61,408 nucleotides of DNA, filler included, from Choristocarpus tenellus KU-1152 (GCA_964200185.2; 12 parts of 12 records of this genome joined end to end with filler, not necessarily neighbours in it), one strand, 5' to 3'. Positions 1-14,400 are shown, numbered from the whole stretch's first letter. Program-made: numbers and translations. Notes: generated by a model from the letters alone, not told the origin.

Positions 1-180
1 CCCCCCTCCCCCCCTCCTCATCCCCACTCCCATCACCCCCCCCGTCATCATCATTGCTACCCCCCCCCCCCCCTGGTCATCATTTTTGTCTTCACCATCC
101 TCCTCGTAATGCCCAAAGTTGAGGAAGACATCTAAAGTGACAGTATGAGGGCCTCGGTCCTCCACATGCGTTACAATAAC
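1..180 (-). CDS. Probable internal exon of an unknown protein, running into poly-G at the window edge
   Basis: Acceptor AATAG ends at 181, followed by open frame VIVTHVEDRGPHTVTLDVFLNFGHYEEDGEDKNDDQGG; no homology recognised. Confidence 0.4.
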
Positions 181-1049
181 CTATTCAATCGAATTTCGAA
201 CAAATTCAAGACATTTTTTTTTTTTTTTTTAGACACACACACACACACACACACACACACAACGAAAAATATATTGTAAGGACACCAAGAAAGGGGTGCC
301 GTAGGGATAGGATTGGAGAGAAGAGTAGCACAATAGTGGGGGATCAGTACTCATGTTCATCAAGGCTTTAATATTCAATAGTGGGGGTTGTTACTCTGAC
401 CTCAGAGTGTGATAGGATCATATCTTATCCATACTTTTGGTAATGCAGCCTACAGCTGTATCTTACCTATACTTTTAAACCCATCAAGTGGAAGCTGAAG
501 TCGTGCTAAGGGTTAGGGATAAAAGAGACATTACAAAAGTGTAACATGGAGTCTGCAGAATCGATTCTTTTTCAAGTTGTATATACAACCACCTCATTTT
601 CTTGACATCACTCGTCTTTTTTGCATTGTGCCTTCAGGCTTGGAACTTTCTGAACCGAAATCATATCATCATTAGAGTGTTAGGTGAAAAAGAAACACTC
701 AAGAATAATAAAGGATGAAGTGATAATGGGATTGGATCGCACAAGGGACGAGACTGACCAACAGGTACAAGCTCTCGACGTAGTGGCATGGACCCACGTA
801 CTGTTGAGTGGAAGAAACGGGCATTACATCAATTTATTACGAAGGACTAATAAATGCACCACAGGTGTTTCTGGTGGTCTCAGATCCCTCCCACATTTGA
901 GGAGTGCACCACACAAGGAGGTCGGGGTTTTCACTCGCCAAATAAAGTCTCCGCCTGATTATTTCTTACCTTATATTCAACCTCGCCATTAGATGACCAC
1001 GAAAAATCGGCGCAAACTCCGTAGACACAATCATGCGATCCCTGAGATG

Positions 1050-1830
1050 GCGAGCAAGAAACCAGCATAGCCACAAATAGTTGGGCATACGATGTGGTGG
1101 GGTAGGCTAGTATGTTACACACAAAACTTTCACATTAGATAATTACAACCGACCACAAACCACGTAAAATCATGCAGCAGAGAGGTCGTCAAATCGCTAT
1201 TAGGTCCGAAGTCCGTCACAGTCCAGGCGACGTTGCAGCTTGGATGGACTACAAATCGCGAGTGGGGTAAGCGTAAAATATAGCTTGTTTCGGATGGGCG
1301 CACACATCAGAGACTGCCAATGTCGACACTTCCAAAGGCTCATCAGAGATAAAGGAATGGGTCTGCAAGTACTGCACCCCAAGAACGCTGCGGTTCAAAT
1401 TACCTACCCTAGAAGGGTGTTTACCTTTGGAAAAAGGGTGTTGATTAAGAAGTAGAAGTATCGGATCACAACAACCATGTCACATTACCGATTGTCACCT
1501 GTGGATAGACAGTCCCGTTCACCCCAGTACATGAATGCACAACATCCAGGGTAGCCGAAGAAATATTTTCTCCTGAGCCATAGTCCAAAGCAAAATTGTG
1601 TGCTCGCACTTGACATCCTTCCACGGGTTCTTTCTGAGGAAAACTTGCAATGGCATGAACGGCTTCCCGATGACATCCCTGCTCACAGGACCCCCCAGCC
1701 CCGACATCTTCTGCTGACACAGTGTCTATTGCCTGAAATAGCAAGATCTTCTTTTGCTCTACATCGCCTTGAACAAGCAAAGGGAATACCACAGCCACCA
1801 CACAAGCAATCCATCCTCTTAGTGGGCGCA
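1050..1830 (-). pseudogene. Possible decayed PIF1-type helicase C-terminus (Helitron-like remnant)
   Basis: Fragments in different frames occur in PIF1 motif order: FPQKEPVEGCQVRAHNF (cf. LKVGxxVMLLxN), LTPLAICSPSKLQ (cf. PLxLAxAxTIHKSQG), YAQLFVAM (cf. GQLYVALSR). Weak similarity, broken frames. Confidence 0.25.
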
Positions 1831-2999
1831 TGGTCTCACGCCCTATCGCTGCCCAAAGCGAATGGGGTGGACCATGCGATACGTAGTCTACGAAAAAATT
1901 GCTGTGAAGTCAAAGTTAACTGGGTCGTGAGACGTGGGGATTGGATTCCGTACTAGTAGATTCCCTACCTCTATAACAGAGCTCTATCTATGCTGAACAC
2001 ACACCCCATTTATGTCACCCTCACCCACTTTTTCAATGAATTGTGTAGTCTCGGGGAAGCTTTCGACAAGATATCTCACAAAGAAATTATCATGGTATTA
2101 GACAATTAGACTGTGCTAATTGTTGATAATAATCATAATAAAAATTCTTCATGTGGAGTATAGGATATTATTGATAAGATTGTCCAGATTGATACTTCGA
2201 ACTAAATGAAAACATAAAAAATTTGGATATATATTAGAAGATACACACACAAATATAGAACAAAAGTGAGATTGGTACAGATAATGTTCGCAACCAGTTT
2301 CAACGCATAAAATAGAAGATGGGATAACATCAAGTAGTTCTATATTGCAGTGATAACTTCGTGTGATACTATTTTGTCGTCTGTTTCAATCAATCATTAT
2401 TACTACAAAACAGAACAATCATAAAATAATACTATTGAAAGTGCACTTTCGGTAGAACCTTAATTAGACATATTGTAATTTGAGAGGTTCAGCCTAATGA
2501 CCTGGCAACATCCCAATTATGTGGATATATATACTATAAAAAACAATGTGTACATATACTTCAAAAAATATGGGCGGTGAGATCTTCTTTTTATTCCTCT
2601 AAATTGAATTAACAATAACGTATAGAACATTGAATTATTGATGTGTTTTGTGTCTTCCAAAATGATACGCACCAGCTTGTTGAATATTGAATAATTAATT
2701 AGCCTCATGATTTGTTTTGGGTGAGTAGTAGGAATATGATAGGATGTTAGATTAGAACAGACCAAGGATTTAAACCTATACTAAACAATATAAATATGTT
2801 ATCATATATAGTAGTATTTTCTTTTGAAGTTTTACGCATGTATCAAGGAAAAACCAAAACCAACACTATATTTTATATCGACAATAATATTACTACCATA
2901 ATAATAATGTACAGTATTAGTAGTGGTTACCACCTCCTTAAAATATCCTATTTTAAACTATCAAATCAAAATGTGGTTATCAATTGTCCTTGTTAATGT

Positions 3000-4470
3000 A
3001 GCATAGTGGTTGAGTGTGTAAGAGGAGGCTGTTTCCTACACGAATTTCGCCACCTCAAACTGTATTGATGCCAGAATTCTCCTGAAAAATTGTTTTCAGG
3101 TACATACATTATCAAGGGTATGTTTCGTGTTACGAAATGTGCACTGCGGTCAAGACCAATTCCCTTGTAAAAGAATGAGAAAGTGGTACTACAGTGTTGG
3201 AAGTGGCCTCCTCCATCAACTTTGACGTGCCATAACTTTTGATTAACAACAATTTTTTTCGTGAAAATTCGTTTGTTGTAATCGCATCAGCGTGCTTAAT
3301 ATTATTTGATAGGTGTGGGTTGCCCAACTTGCAGGAATCGTGAGAAATACAGGACCATACTTAAACCAAGTAGTCCGCGCGCAAGGTTCGCACGGGGGTA
3401 CCATGAGGCACGCGCGAACCGCGCATTTAAAAATAATGATTTTGACGCCTGAAGAGGTCATCTTCACCCGAACAACATGGGCGTTGTTGTCTCTCCATTC
3501 TCTTTCCATTATTTCCTGTTCGTACGATGTTGTCACCTGCTGGGTAAGGTTCACTCTTGGCGACCCAGCCCTCTTAACCAAACAATCCATGTCAAATGAG
3601 GTATTCTGAAGGTGCAGGCCTCCTGTGAGACTTAAATGTCTTGTACACCCTGTCCAATTTGGTGCACTCCATGCCTTTCTCGTTGGGATATATCAGGTGG
3701 TTATGCAATGCTCATCCTGAAGAACCTCTCCACAACTACTCTGGATAGCTCCCCTTCCTACTTAAGATTGATAGGGATGTTGGCTCTCATTCCAGGCAAC
3801 GTAGTCACAGTGGCCTCGTACATAGTGCTTCGCCAGGCCCCAGACCATCTCTATCGGGTTCAATTCACAGTGTGTGGTACTTTGGAAGCATCAAGCAGTG
3901 TCCTCCAAGACGCTCAACCAGAATCGTGTCCTGTGAGTGGCTCCAACAGTAATAAGCCGAGGTTAGCCCACATACCGTTTTTGGCGTTGACCAATCTTGA
4001 TTGTTTTTAAAGGGTTGCCCAACGAGTTAATCGACGATAAACATATCGAATGAAAGCTCTGGATCTAAGCTATCGACTGATCCACATTAATATTCTCATA
4101 TAATATTTTTGATCGTGATATTTCATTCCGGAACATTTCCAAGGTTGTACTCAAAACATTCGGTTAAATTTAACCTTACCAAGAAAATTCTGAAAACATT
4201 CCTTTGCGCCCGTGATAGCGTAGATCGAGATCTTTCATTTAATATGTTCATCGTTGTTTAACTCGTTGAGCAACTCTTTCAAAAAAATCAAGACTGGTCT
4301 CATCCTAGAGGCGACTGCCAACACTATATCTATAATTATCACAAATGCTACGTGCGCCCATACACTCCGCGCGCTGGGAGGACCGCAGGTAATAAATCCT
4401 CTCAACACTCGTAGTACAGCCGAAAATTTCGGGGGTTGGAAGGACACGAGTGTATTGTCTTCCCAATTCC
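3000..4470 (-). mobile_element. Degenerate Copia gag-region fragment, same family as 36002-37660
   Basis: Reverse complement of ~3180-3700 is clearly similar to ~36030-36540 (shared gtgtacaagacatt-aagt-tcacaggagg-ctgcaccttcagaatacctcat; gcgattacaacaaacgaattttca). Outer limits approximate. Confidence 0.65.
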
Positions 4471-4857
4471 TGTAGGAAGAGAGGGATTATGGTTTACGTA
4501 AAACACACCTATCTACTGGATATAGTGTTGGGGGTTGGAGGAGGCTGGGCTTGACCTGAACTCAACTCCAGAGTTCAGTCTCTGCCTTCTGCATAATATT
4601 ACTAAAGTGATCGCACTGGTTAACCCCTCCTCAAAAAGCCCACATGAATCATGAATATGCTTAGAGTTTTATACACATATTATGCAGGTTGTAGAGCATC
4701 TTCTTCTCACATCCCTTACATAGAGAAATGCAGCAGGCCATTCAATTGTTGGTAGTGCAGCACCCATCAACCGCACTCTATGCATACATTTCCTGTTGCT
4801 TATTACCTTATCTTCAGTATACTAATAACAACTCTGGTTGAGTGCTTGGTGCTGGAT

Positions 4858-4930
4858 GCTGGGTCCTAAGTCCTGAATCCTGAGTCCTGAGTCCTGGGTC
4901 CTGGGTCCTGGGTCCTGGGTCCTGGGTCCT
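4858..4930 (+). repeat. 7-bp tandem repeat (CTGGGTC/CTGAGTC)n, about 10 units
   Basis: Direct reading. Confidence 0.9.
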
Positions 4931-5100
4931 AACTATGTACCACCTCCAACCATCATGCATATCTCTACTTGAGTGAAACTAGTTTCTGAAAAGAAGCAGA
5001 GGAAAGACTTGGTGGGGAAAGTCTCGGTTGGAGGCAATGCCACCAATACCCCCCAAATTCAATCTACAGAAATCTCTAACTTAGCCTCAAAATCGTTGCC

Positions 5101-5378
5101 GACCCAAAGCATTTAAGAGGGTAGAAGTTTTTGTCCAGTTCGTCAATTTGAGGCTTGACTTTCCACGTTTTTTTTGTGCCCTTTTTTCGGTTTTCTGTGT
5201 GAATACAGTTACCTACTCTAAAACATTTTGGACTATGTAAAATATATGACAAAGGTGTGTCCGGAGCAAGGATATTGACACTTGCTAACAAACACAATAG
5301 GCAAATTTCATCAAAGTAGCACCATTGGATTTATGACCCCGAATGGACGCAGCCCTACCCTCTTACATGCATTGGATC
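5101..5378 (+). mobile_element. MITE family A (~270 bp)
   Basis: TIR GACCCAAAGCATTTAAGAGGGTAG ... CTACCCTCTTACATGCATTGGATC; internal sequence shared with other copies in the window. Confidence 0.8.
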
Positions 5379-6199
5379 GTACCCCTACATTTTGGTGCTG
5401 AACGAGAAGGAAGACCCAGTGTAAGGAATTGGGAACAATTTGAAGAACGGTATCCTGCCCTCAAAATGTCAGGTGGGGGCTAGTTTGACCCTTGACTACC
5501 CTCTAGCGACCATTTCCCGTTGTTTGACGAAGTTGACCGCTATATCAAGACATTGGTAATGGTAATATCAGAATTTTCAAAGCACCCCGCTTCACACCAA
5601 CAATGACATCATAAAATGAGCGCTACCTAACAATTTTCACCTCATGGACCTGATGAAGCATACAGGATCCATGTTTATGACTAGTTCATTGCCTTGATGT
5701 CTGGAGTTGGTGTGGATGTGTGCATTTGTGGAGTGGGCGGCACCATACATAAACGTGTGCATAGGGGTTTCCACATGTACGAGAAGGCATTCCTAGTAGT
5801 TGATGCCAACTAAAACAACTTTGTCTGCCTGCCAAGTCGTCGAAAACCTTGACCCCCTACCCATCACTTGACGTCATATTCTTGCCCTAGAGGTCAAGGT
5901 TAGAGCAGTGAGCACCACATTGTTGCTCTCAAGAAACCTTGCCCACTCACCCTATTAGTATTGGTTGCTCATGACTGAGAACTGGGATTTAGCTGGTCTG
6001 GTCGTTTGCAAGGGGTTCAGGGAACTTGGGTTGCTGTTCCCGTAGGTGGGAGTAACTGGTGATGTGAGTGGGTAGACCTATTTGCCGGAACTAATATTTT
6101 ATCTCTTGTTCAGGTAACTAGCACCTAGAGATTTAATTATCTTAAATCTAAATTTGTCATCAAAGACAGACACATTATTTTTTCTGTGCACTTGTCAGT

Positions 6200-6492
6200 G
6201 GCCCAAAGAGGGTAGGAGTTTTGCCCTGCTTGTCCGTTCGGGGCTTGGCTTCCCACAGGTTCTTAATGCCCTTTTTCGGTTTTCTGTGTGAACAAAGTTA
6301 CCTAGGTTTAGGTTTAGGTGTGAACATTTCGGATTTCGGAGGAGATAAAATATGTAGGACTATGAAAGGTGTGTCCGGACCAAGGATGTTGACACTCGCT
6401 AACAAACACGACAGCCAAAATTCATCAAAATCGCAACATTGGGTTTATTACTCCACAAGGACGTGGCCCTACTTTCTTAAATGATTTGATTC
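6200..6492 (+). mobile_element. MITE family A
   Basis: Same internal sequence (aaaggtgtgtccgga-caaggat-ttgacact-gctaacaaacac); flanked by AGT/AGT. Confidence 0.8.
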
Positions 6493-6587
6493 AGTGTGCG
6501 AGAATGTGCAAGGAGTGAAGAGTCAAAGTATCTGGGGGGGGTGGCGGCTGTCCATTTGGGGTGAATTTTTTCATGTCGCGATTTTTG

Positions 6588-6687
6588 NNNNNNNNNNNNN
6601 NNNNNNNNNNNNNNNNNNNNNNNNNNNNNNNTTAATTAATTAANNNNNNNNNNNNNNNNNNNNNNNNNNNNNNNNNNNNNNNNNNNN
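6588..6687. other. Artificial contig linker N44-TTAATTAATTAA-N44 (first of 11; others start at 11497, 22979, 26751, 30541, 33589, 37729, 41073, 45350, 47968, 58138)
   Basis: Identical 100-bp structure each time; the 12-mer puts stop codons in all six frames. Confidence 0.97.
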
Positions 6688-6838
6688 CACATCCCCCCCA
6701 AAATCACCTACTTGGAAGAACAGCTTATCTGAGAGGGGTGGGATGTACATAATTAGTTTGTAACATAAAAATACCTTCCTCCTCTCTCTACCTCCCCACC
6801 CCTGCCCTCTTCTGTCCCTCAATAAATGTTTCAAACAG

Positions 6839-9800
6839 ATGATGACATGTACACCTGCACAAGTGGGGCCTGGGCGTTTGTGGACAGTGGAGACGACGAC
6901 GATCTTACAATTGCAAGAGCTTCGCCCCCTCCCCCCATCCCTCCCCTTATCCCCCAATGGTTCCCCACCCATGCCATTCTTGTCCTCTGTGAAGATTCAG
7001 TACTTCCACATCCCACCTCCTGTAGTTGGTAACTCTTATTGCTGCTGCTGCTGCTGTGTTGTCCCTTCAACCGTCCCCCTTCCCCCTTCTCCCTTCCCTT
7101 TTGCTGGTGCTGGTGCTAGTGTGACGTAGTCCATTACAAACATCCATTACAAACAACCATTACAATCGTTCATTTTGTGCTTTTCCTCTGTTATCACCTG
7201 CAGACATCACCTGCAGACATCACATGACATAACATGAGGTAACATGAGGTAACATGACAAAAAAACAGGAAACAGATCTATGTCACACATTACAATTGTT
7301 CTACCTCACTCGCCCTCGTTGTTCCACTTTAGTCACCCTCTCATCCCTTTTCACCTGTCATGATGAACCATGCATGCATGGAAGCAGCACTTCCCTTCAA
7401 TAGAAGACCTTTATACTTCAGCATGAGCTAGTGGGATGTGCTCAAGACCTGTAACCTCCACTACCTACTATACCTTACTCTCAACTTCTCAACCCTTAGC
7501 TTCATGGCTTGGATTCACATATTACCACTAATTTGAATATTACCACTAATTTGAATATTACCACTAATTTGAATAATGCAATGCGCATCTTGAAATAGGC
7601 CATGGACTGCACTGAACATCCTCTGGGCATCACGACTATATGGTATCGGATACCATGCCTCAACTGCCAACCGCTAGTGTCAACACCTCAGCCGGAGCTC
7701 GAATGCATAGCACTTGAGGGGCAAAGCACTTCCGATGATGATATGTGGAAAGGGAGACCCCTGACAGATTCTGGATGGGCAGCACTGTGGATTGGGATTG
7801 TGATTGTTATGATCGCCTGTTGTCTGGGATTCTTACGACTGTGTGCATGGTAAGAGGGTTATCAGAGGGTTATCCTTGAAGGGCATTAGGTGGTTGGAGT
7901 GTATGTGTAGTTAAGTGAGATTAGCAAGCACCTGAAGTACCTGGATCGGCGAATGGAAGGGGTAGGGAGAGGCCTTGGAGTAGGACTGGGGTATAGGACT
8001 CCTTTTTGTGATTGTATGTTTTAAGGGGAGAGGGTTTATGTTGACACATACTGCGTGTTTCGGTATAGTTCTTTTTTTTCTTTTTTTAGAAGTGAAATAC
8101 GCCTTTTTTGTGTTTGCAGGGGCCTACTATGACAGGTGATGCTAAGAATTTACTATTTATTTTTCCTGGGTTTTGCTAGGGAAATTCAAATTGTTGGCAA
8201 AGGGGATTAGGGTTGGAGTTAGGGATGTGTCTCTGCTGGTGCTGACCATTGAACTAGACCATTGAACTAGTACTGCTATGTTTTGGTTTGAGTAAGGGGT
8301 ATCTATGTGGCACAGATACTTAGATTGGGGGAACTTATATTTTTTGTGAACTAGACCTGATACCCGTTGAGATGGTAGTAGGGGACATTTTTTTGTTTGT
8401 TTTTGTGTGTAGGAGTTGCTCACTTAATCGATTACTTAATTGATTAGTTTTTGATTACTTAGTTGATTACTTGGTTGATGTACATACCCAAGAAAATTAA
8501 CCACTCTGAGCACACAAGAACTGACAGTAACAGTTTTATAGTTAGAAGATAGATCGTGCAGATCTAATAAGAAGTAGGGGGAGGTCTTCAATGAACATTC
8601 CTGATGTCTCTCATCAAAAAACAGGTAAAGAACCGAGTGGCCTCAATGAGGCGTTTTGCCTCTATCCCTCCTGTGAGGAAAATAATAATAATAATATTCT
8701 GTTTGTCCTTGTTACTGCCACTTCACCCTAACCCTAACCCTAATACAACTTGTGCTACTCATTTGCAGGAGACTTGACTGAATGGTCATTGATTAAAGGA
8801 GGATACACTGATGTAGCCAAGATGCTGAGGTATGCTCTGGTGGAGATGGCAATTTAATTGTAATAAGCCCCTTCTCTCAACTCACAGCTCATTGCAATTG
8901 CCTGTGTGTGTGGGTATGTATTTTGAAGGTGCATGACAACACATGTTTTTTTGTGATGTACTTGGGTTATGAAATCCTTTGGTGATGGGGATATGTGTGT
9001 TTTGTGTTTGTGTATGTATGTGAATGTCGTCCTGGTATTTTGGTATCCAGGCGCATTGCATGTGAGACTGCCCCCTTCAGTCCCAAATTTTAGTCTGCTT
9101 TGTTCTTCTGGTGGATGAAGAAGGGTTAGGGAGGGTTTTGTGTATGTGTTGAGGGGGTGGGAGGGGGGGGGAAAGGGGGAAGTTGGAGGGTGTGTGTCAA
9201 CTGTACACACTAAATTTGGCATGCTTATTTTAGATCACTCAAGAGCTTCCGTATATCGGAGATTTTGCAAGACCTGCTCGATTGCATGGGACAAGTGTGT
9301 ACTCCTGTGTTGCATGGTGGATGGCAGACGGTAGATGTCGGAGGCGTGTTTTTTCACAGTTTGTATTGCATAATGTTATTATTTTAGTCAAGCTCTTGGT
9401 TTTTAACAGTGTCATTCTTGAGGTGTTTTATGGTTGCATACAAATACGTTTTTTTATACAAATGCGTTTTTTTGTGTTGCAAAATTTTGAGACGTTGCCA
9501 CTGCCATGTCTTCTAGAGCCTTCTCGGGATTATCATTCCTGAAAAGGGTTGGCGACGGTTCAGGGCCCCCTTTTGGCACAGCAGTATTGAGTGATAGCAA
9601 CAAAGTGGTGTCATTGAGTTTTTAGGGCTCCTTTGACTGCTTTATGGTGTATTGTGTTCTGAACACCACAGAGAGTGCTTTCTGTTAACATTGTGTTCAC
9701 AGCTAATATACTGTTCTACAGTCACACGACCTAAGGGTTATGGTCGACTACATTTCAGGGAAAAGCGTCAAGGTGGGTATGGTGTTCGCACGCCACTGGA

Positions 9801-10493
9801 ATGTACCGTCTCACCACAAAGATGATGTAGAATATGCTTTATTGATATATAGCAAGGAGTGACTCGTTACCTTAACAGTGGGATGTATGTGTTGTCCTAC
9901 CCTCCATAATCATCCTTGCAAACAATGTTAGCAATTACCAAAAAATATATTTCCTAGAAATTGTCCATACATCACGATGTTCTAATATTCCGCTCCGTCA
10001 CCCACGAATCATTCTAGTCAGACTATATCGCTACAAAGATATTTCTTACTTTATGTATACTAGTAGCAACATTCGGTGTGTACAGTACGACAACGCATGG
10101 CCCTATGCAAACATATGGCACAACGTTCAAAGATAACTCAAAAGGGTTCAATATTAAACCCCCTTGTAGATAGTCTTACGGTTTTACTACTTTGTGTTCA
10201 TGCGCCAAGACAATGACATGTTGGGTGTGGTTTGGTATAGCAGTGTCTTGTTTACCTCTAGGTAGGAGGTTGGTATCTCCCTTGCAATGATTTGAACACC
10301 CTTTGTTTAAATTTGGTCTTAGAACCTTATTTTAGATCAAGTGTTTATAAAAGGACCATCACTCACCATCTGTCTGCCCTTCAGTTGCAAGTAAGATGAC
10401 TACAGTGTTGATATTGTACGGGGCGACCAGGACGAACAGGAAGAGTTGCCTCTGGAGGAAACGGTGGTGGCAATCATAACAAAAGAGACCTAG
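6839..10493 (+). CDS. Multi-exon gene (3' part) for an unknown single-pass membrane protein
   Basis: Phase-compatible GT-AG chain 7599-7849, 7925-7961, 8120-8135, 8769-8829, 9234-9330 gives AMDCTEHPLGITTIWY...GWAALWIGIVIVMIACCLGFLRLCAC-KHLKYLDRRMEG-GPTMT-GDLTEWSLIKGGYTDVAKMLR-SLKSFRISEILQDLL. Tentative upstream exon 6839-6912 (GC donor) and terminal exon ending at TAG 10491-10493. Confidence 0.5.
7518..7575 (+). repeat. 18-bp tandem repeat (ATATTACCACTAATTTGA) x3, just upstream of a 3' splice site
   Basis: Direct reading. Confidence 0.9.
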
Positions 10494-12589
10494 ACAAGAG
10501 TCATTGTATGGATAGTGGTAAAGTGCATTGTCGTAAGTGACAAGAAAGAAGAGTATTACTACACATCCTTTTTAGTATTAGTCGATAAGGCATTTGCTGC
10601 ACACGAATTGACTACCCAAGCGAGAATTAAAGCAATAACATTAAAATAAATAGTAGGTCAGGGTATGTGCCTAACCCTAACATTAAGAGGCCAGTTGGTT
10701 TGCGTACTTATACTGTGTTTGGCTCGATATTAAGCGGGATTAATATTTTGTGTGTTAAGCTGAGGGTATGCAAACTATAGTTGGATACTCCAGAGTTAAG
10801 TGTGTATGTATGGCGTGCAGCAAAATATGCTCCGGAAGGAGAGGGGAAAGGGACTGTAACATAATACATAGGTAGTAGATGGACTTTCGCTTTGACTATC
10901 ACAACTACTCTGAATATTAATCCGTGCCTAGATTTGGAGGACACACAAGCTAATAGGAAGATGTTGCTTCGATTTGCATTACCATAGAGTGGGGAAACAA
11001 ATAGGGTTGTTTGGGGCGGGGCGAAACATGGAGAGTGGATGGGATGGTATGATGACGTGGCATAGATCTTTGATGGAATCAGATCTACCTATCATACCAT
11101 CTACAGTTTATTACACAAATAGTCATACCAGACCACCCACTAAACTGCGACCCTCTCTCATTCTCTGGTGTGCGATCAAATTTGTCTTCATCATAGTTGT
11201 TTTTGTTTGTACTCCGAGTAGTTCATAGTGGGTACATATTATCGTATGCTTTTGCTTGGTACTTACTCTGGTAATACGCTCTAGTTTTTGAGAAATTGCA
11301 CAAAGAATGCATGCATGTATAGAACATTATCAACCTTTAATTACCTTCCTTTTGAGAGGAAATGATGCATCACGTGTCACACAAGTATTTCTTCATAGAT
11401 AGATGGGGCGGAAGGTCAATTAATGGGCGTATAACAGCCGATTTCAAAAATTGAGGGAGCTTTTCATTGAGGATGGGCTTGACCCAAAATTGACTGNNNN
11501 NNNNNNNNNNNNNNNNNNNNNNNNNNNNNNNNNNNNNNNNTTAATTAATTAANNNNNNNNNNNNNNNNNNNNNNNNNNNNNNNNNNNNNNNNNNNNGGCC
11601 CAAATGGACACCCTGGTGTAGACACCCCCCCCTCCCAGATACTTTGGGTCCATCATTTATCCCATCTCGGTTTACCAATACTTGAATATTTGAAGTTCGA
11701 CATACATGGGCAACGTGAGATGGTTAGGGAAAGCGCTTGAGAGGTGGATGGTGAGGGTCTGACGAGCGTGATTTGACATTCTTGCAATATACAGACATCT
11801 CTGCCCAGAACGAGGTGAATATTGATGGGTGGGTATGGGTAGGGGAAGACTTTAGCCGAGGAACAAGGTTAAGGAAGAGCACCAGGGAATGTGGTGTAGG
11901 GTGATGATGGAGGATTTTTGTATGTGAGACATAGGTGTTGTCTAGTTGGGAGGAGGTGGGAACAAGGATGAGAGCATGTACATCAAAATAAACTTATGAC
12001 ACCTTCAGTTCGCTCACCAATCCAATTCCAGCGCAAGAAGACTATAGAGTAATAACACATGACAGTACTCTAACAGTGAACGCAACACCAGCCCAAGAAG
12101 AGGTGCTGGGGTAAGGGTTGGGGGGATAGGTTTATGGTCTAACACTCCTATGTGTGCGGATCACAATGAGAAACAATAGCAAAGGACATGGGCAATGACA
12201 AGAACAGCAGACATGGAAGACAAGAATTACCCCCTCTACCAAGAGAAGAGTCAAACATCCGCTTGTGGACCTTGGAACGCATGGGTATTGAAGATCTGTG
12301 TGGCTAGGTGGATGAAGTGGTGAAAACCTTTTTGGAGTGAATAGACGCAACACTTGAGGCATGACGAGGTTTAAAGGAAGGGTGGGGTATCAGGGAGGGC
12401 CACGAAATCATACTATCCGTGTCTCATTCACCAGGTGACTCAAGTCCATCCCCTTGAGTACAGCATGAACCACATAGCACAATAGTATGTTGAACCGAAG
12501 TTGATGAGAGGCACTCGTATATTGACCGTTTTGTAGTTGATCCATTTTTTTCAATCGTTTTCAATTCACCCATATGTCTATGGATGAAG

Positions 12590-12750
12590 TGGTAGATTTG
12601 ACTTGAGAACATTTGGTTTCTCTATTGCTTGAAAGTTTCAAAGTTTCAACAGAATTCAGAAATGTTCCAACGCACATCTGTGAAATACAAAATTTTGGAC
12701 CTATTTTTCAGCATCCTTAAAACAAACCTCTGGGTACCTCTTGTTTACTT
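12590..12750 (+). mobile_element. MITE family C, 5'-truncated
   Basis: Ends cagcatccttaaaacaaacctctgggtacctcttgtttactt, like the copies at 15148, 54977 and 60546. Confidence 0.7.
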
Positions 12751-13299
12751 AGGCTCATGAGGACATAGTGTGCTATTTGGTCTATGCCTTACGAGAGGTG
12801 ATGGATCTGTATGACATGGTGAATGGGACGTGGATACTACGATACACACTATATGTGCAAATGAAGGGAACTAGGGGCAATGGAGACTGGGCAGAGGGAG
12901 GGGGAGGGGAGAATAATACTGGTGACATTCTGCACTATGAGTCTTGGCGAGCATGATCACTACAACAGACTCGATAGGGAGTATTCATTGGGTGGGGGGG
13001 AGGATGGCAAGGGTTGGGAAGGAGAAGAGGCTGTTGGCAGTATTGTTGAGGAATTGTGTGTCGAGAAGGCAGTTGCTGGCGTGGACTGAGAAGGCGAGGA
13101 AGTTGGAGACCTGAGCGTTATGAAGCAATGGGTTTGGAAATGTTGATAATCAGAATAGAGCGATAGCCAAGGATTAGGTGCTGTCAGGGCCAATGATGAA
13201 GTGTTTTGGGCAGGTGAATGGTACGGAGGTCAAGGGAGAAGTCCACAATGGCATGGGCTGTCGGAGGAAGCACATTAGTGGGATCGCTGTCTAGGTGAC

Positions 13300-14400
13300 T
13301 GCAGACCATCATCAACTCTTGACAGATTGGTGTGATCGACAAGTTTTCTGGAGAACTGGGGGACCTCCAATCTCACAATGTTTGCTGCTGGATTTCGCCT
13401 ACACCCAGGTGGTAGAGCTGGAGCACTGCAATATCTCTGAAATATTTCCCTTCTCACCTTTCCGTGGAGCAGGCTGTTGATGCTGGGTGAGGGGGAGGTT
13501 GGTAAGGGGGAGGTGGGGGAGCCACTTCGCCGGTCTCTTGGTGATGCAGGCCGTTCAACAGCATCACTGGAACAAAGATTATTCTCTGCCATGTGGGAAA
13601 GGGGAGCAGGTGCTCCACATTGCAGTTCTATCCTTGCTGTTGTAGTTCCATTCTTGATCTCTCCTATGTCTGGCATGGTGCCCACAGGCCACGGCCTCCA
13701 GACCACTGAGAATAACTCTGTTCTTGTGATGCTGTTGACCAGTTTGAATCACCTAGAGGTGAGGGAAGCGGTTCCTTCATCCCGCCTTCCTCACCACCAC
13801 CTTTTCCCATCGATGTCAGGGGCCTGCTCCACCCACCAACTTCCCAAGGGGGGACACATTTGTGAGCTCTTTCGGGGTGCTCCAGTTTCGCCAACTTTGT
13901 GTAGGCTAGTCTAACAGCAACGTCTGCAGCATTGGAAATCTTCCTTCCATATCTCCTTCATTGGTGAACTTGTTGACCATACCATGCACCCTGTCCATGG
14001 TCATACCCAACAGTGTCTTCAGAGTGGCACTTTCGCCAATGTGCTTGTTCTCATCTCATGCCCCTCTGAGCCCCAGCTTGGTCCTCCATACTATTTGACA
14101 GGCTCTTTGATGTCATCATTGATACTGCCAGAATTTCAAATAGCTATCACATTATTCTGGTCACTATACCTGAAGTTCATGGTTGGTCCAGTGTACTCCT
14201 TGTCCACCTTGTCCGTAGTAACCAAGGTTTAGTTTTAAACAACCAACTTCTATGACTGCTAGGTCTATCCTCATTTCTCCCCACTCCCTCGTTTCCCTCC
14301 TATGCATCCATCAACTATCGACTGACACGGATGTGAAACTCACCATGCCCACCATCTCTAGTGTCCAACAATCCTTTCATATCTCACCATTGGCTCTTTC
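13300..14400 (-). pseudogene. Possible decayed non-LTR retrotransposon (LINE) post-RT region
   Basis: Broken-frame fragments NSGSINDDIKE (cf. DGxIDxEI) and NRVILSGLEAVA (cf. VLSxLLYGxE); no intact ORF. Confidence 0.3.

Noticed and set aside
6632-6643. Recurrent palindrome TTAATTAATTAA as a biological motif or CRISPR-like repeat
   Set aside because: Always centred in N44 blocks; an assembly linker
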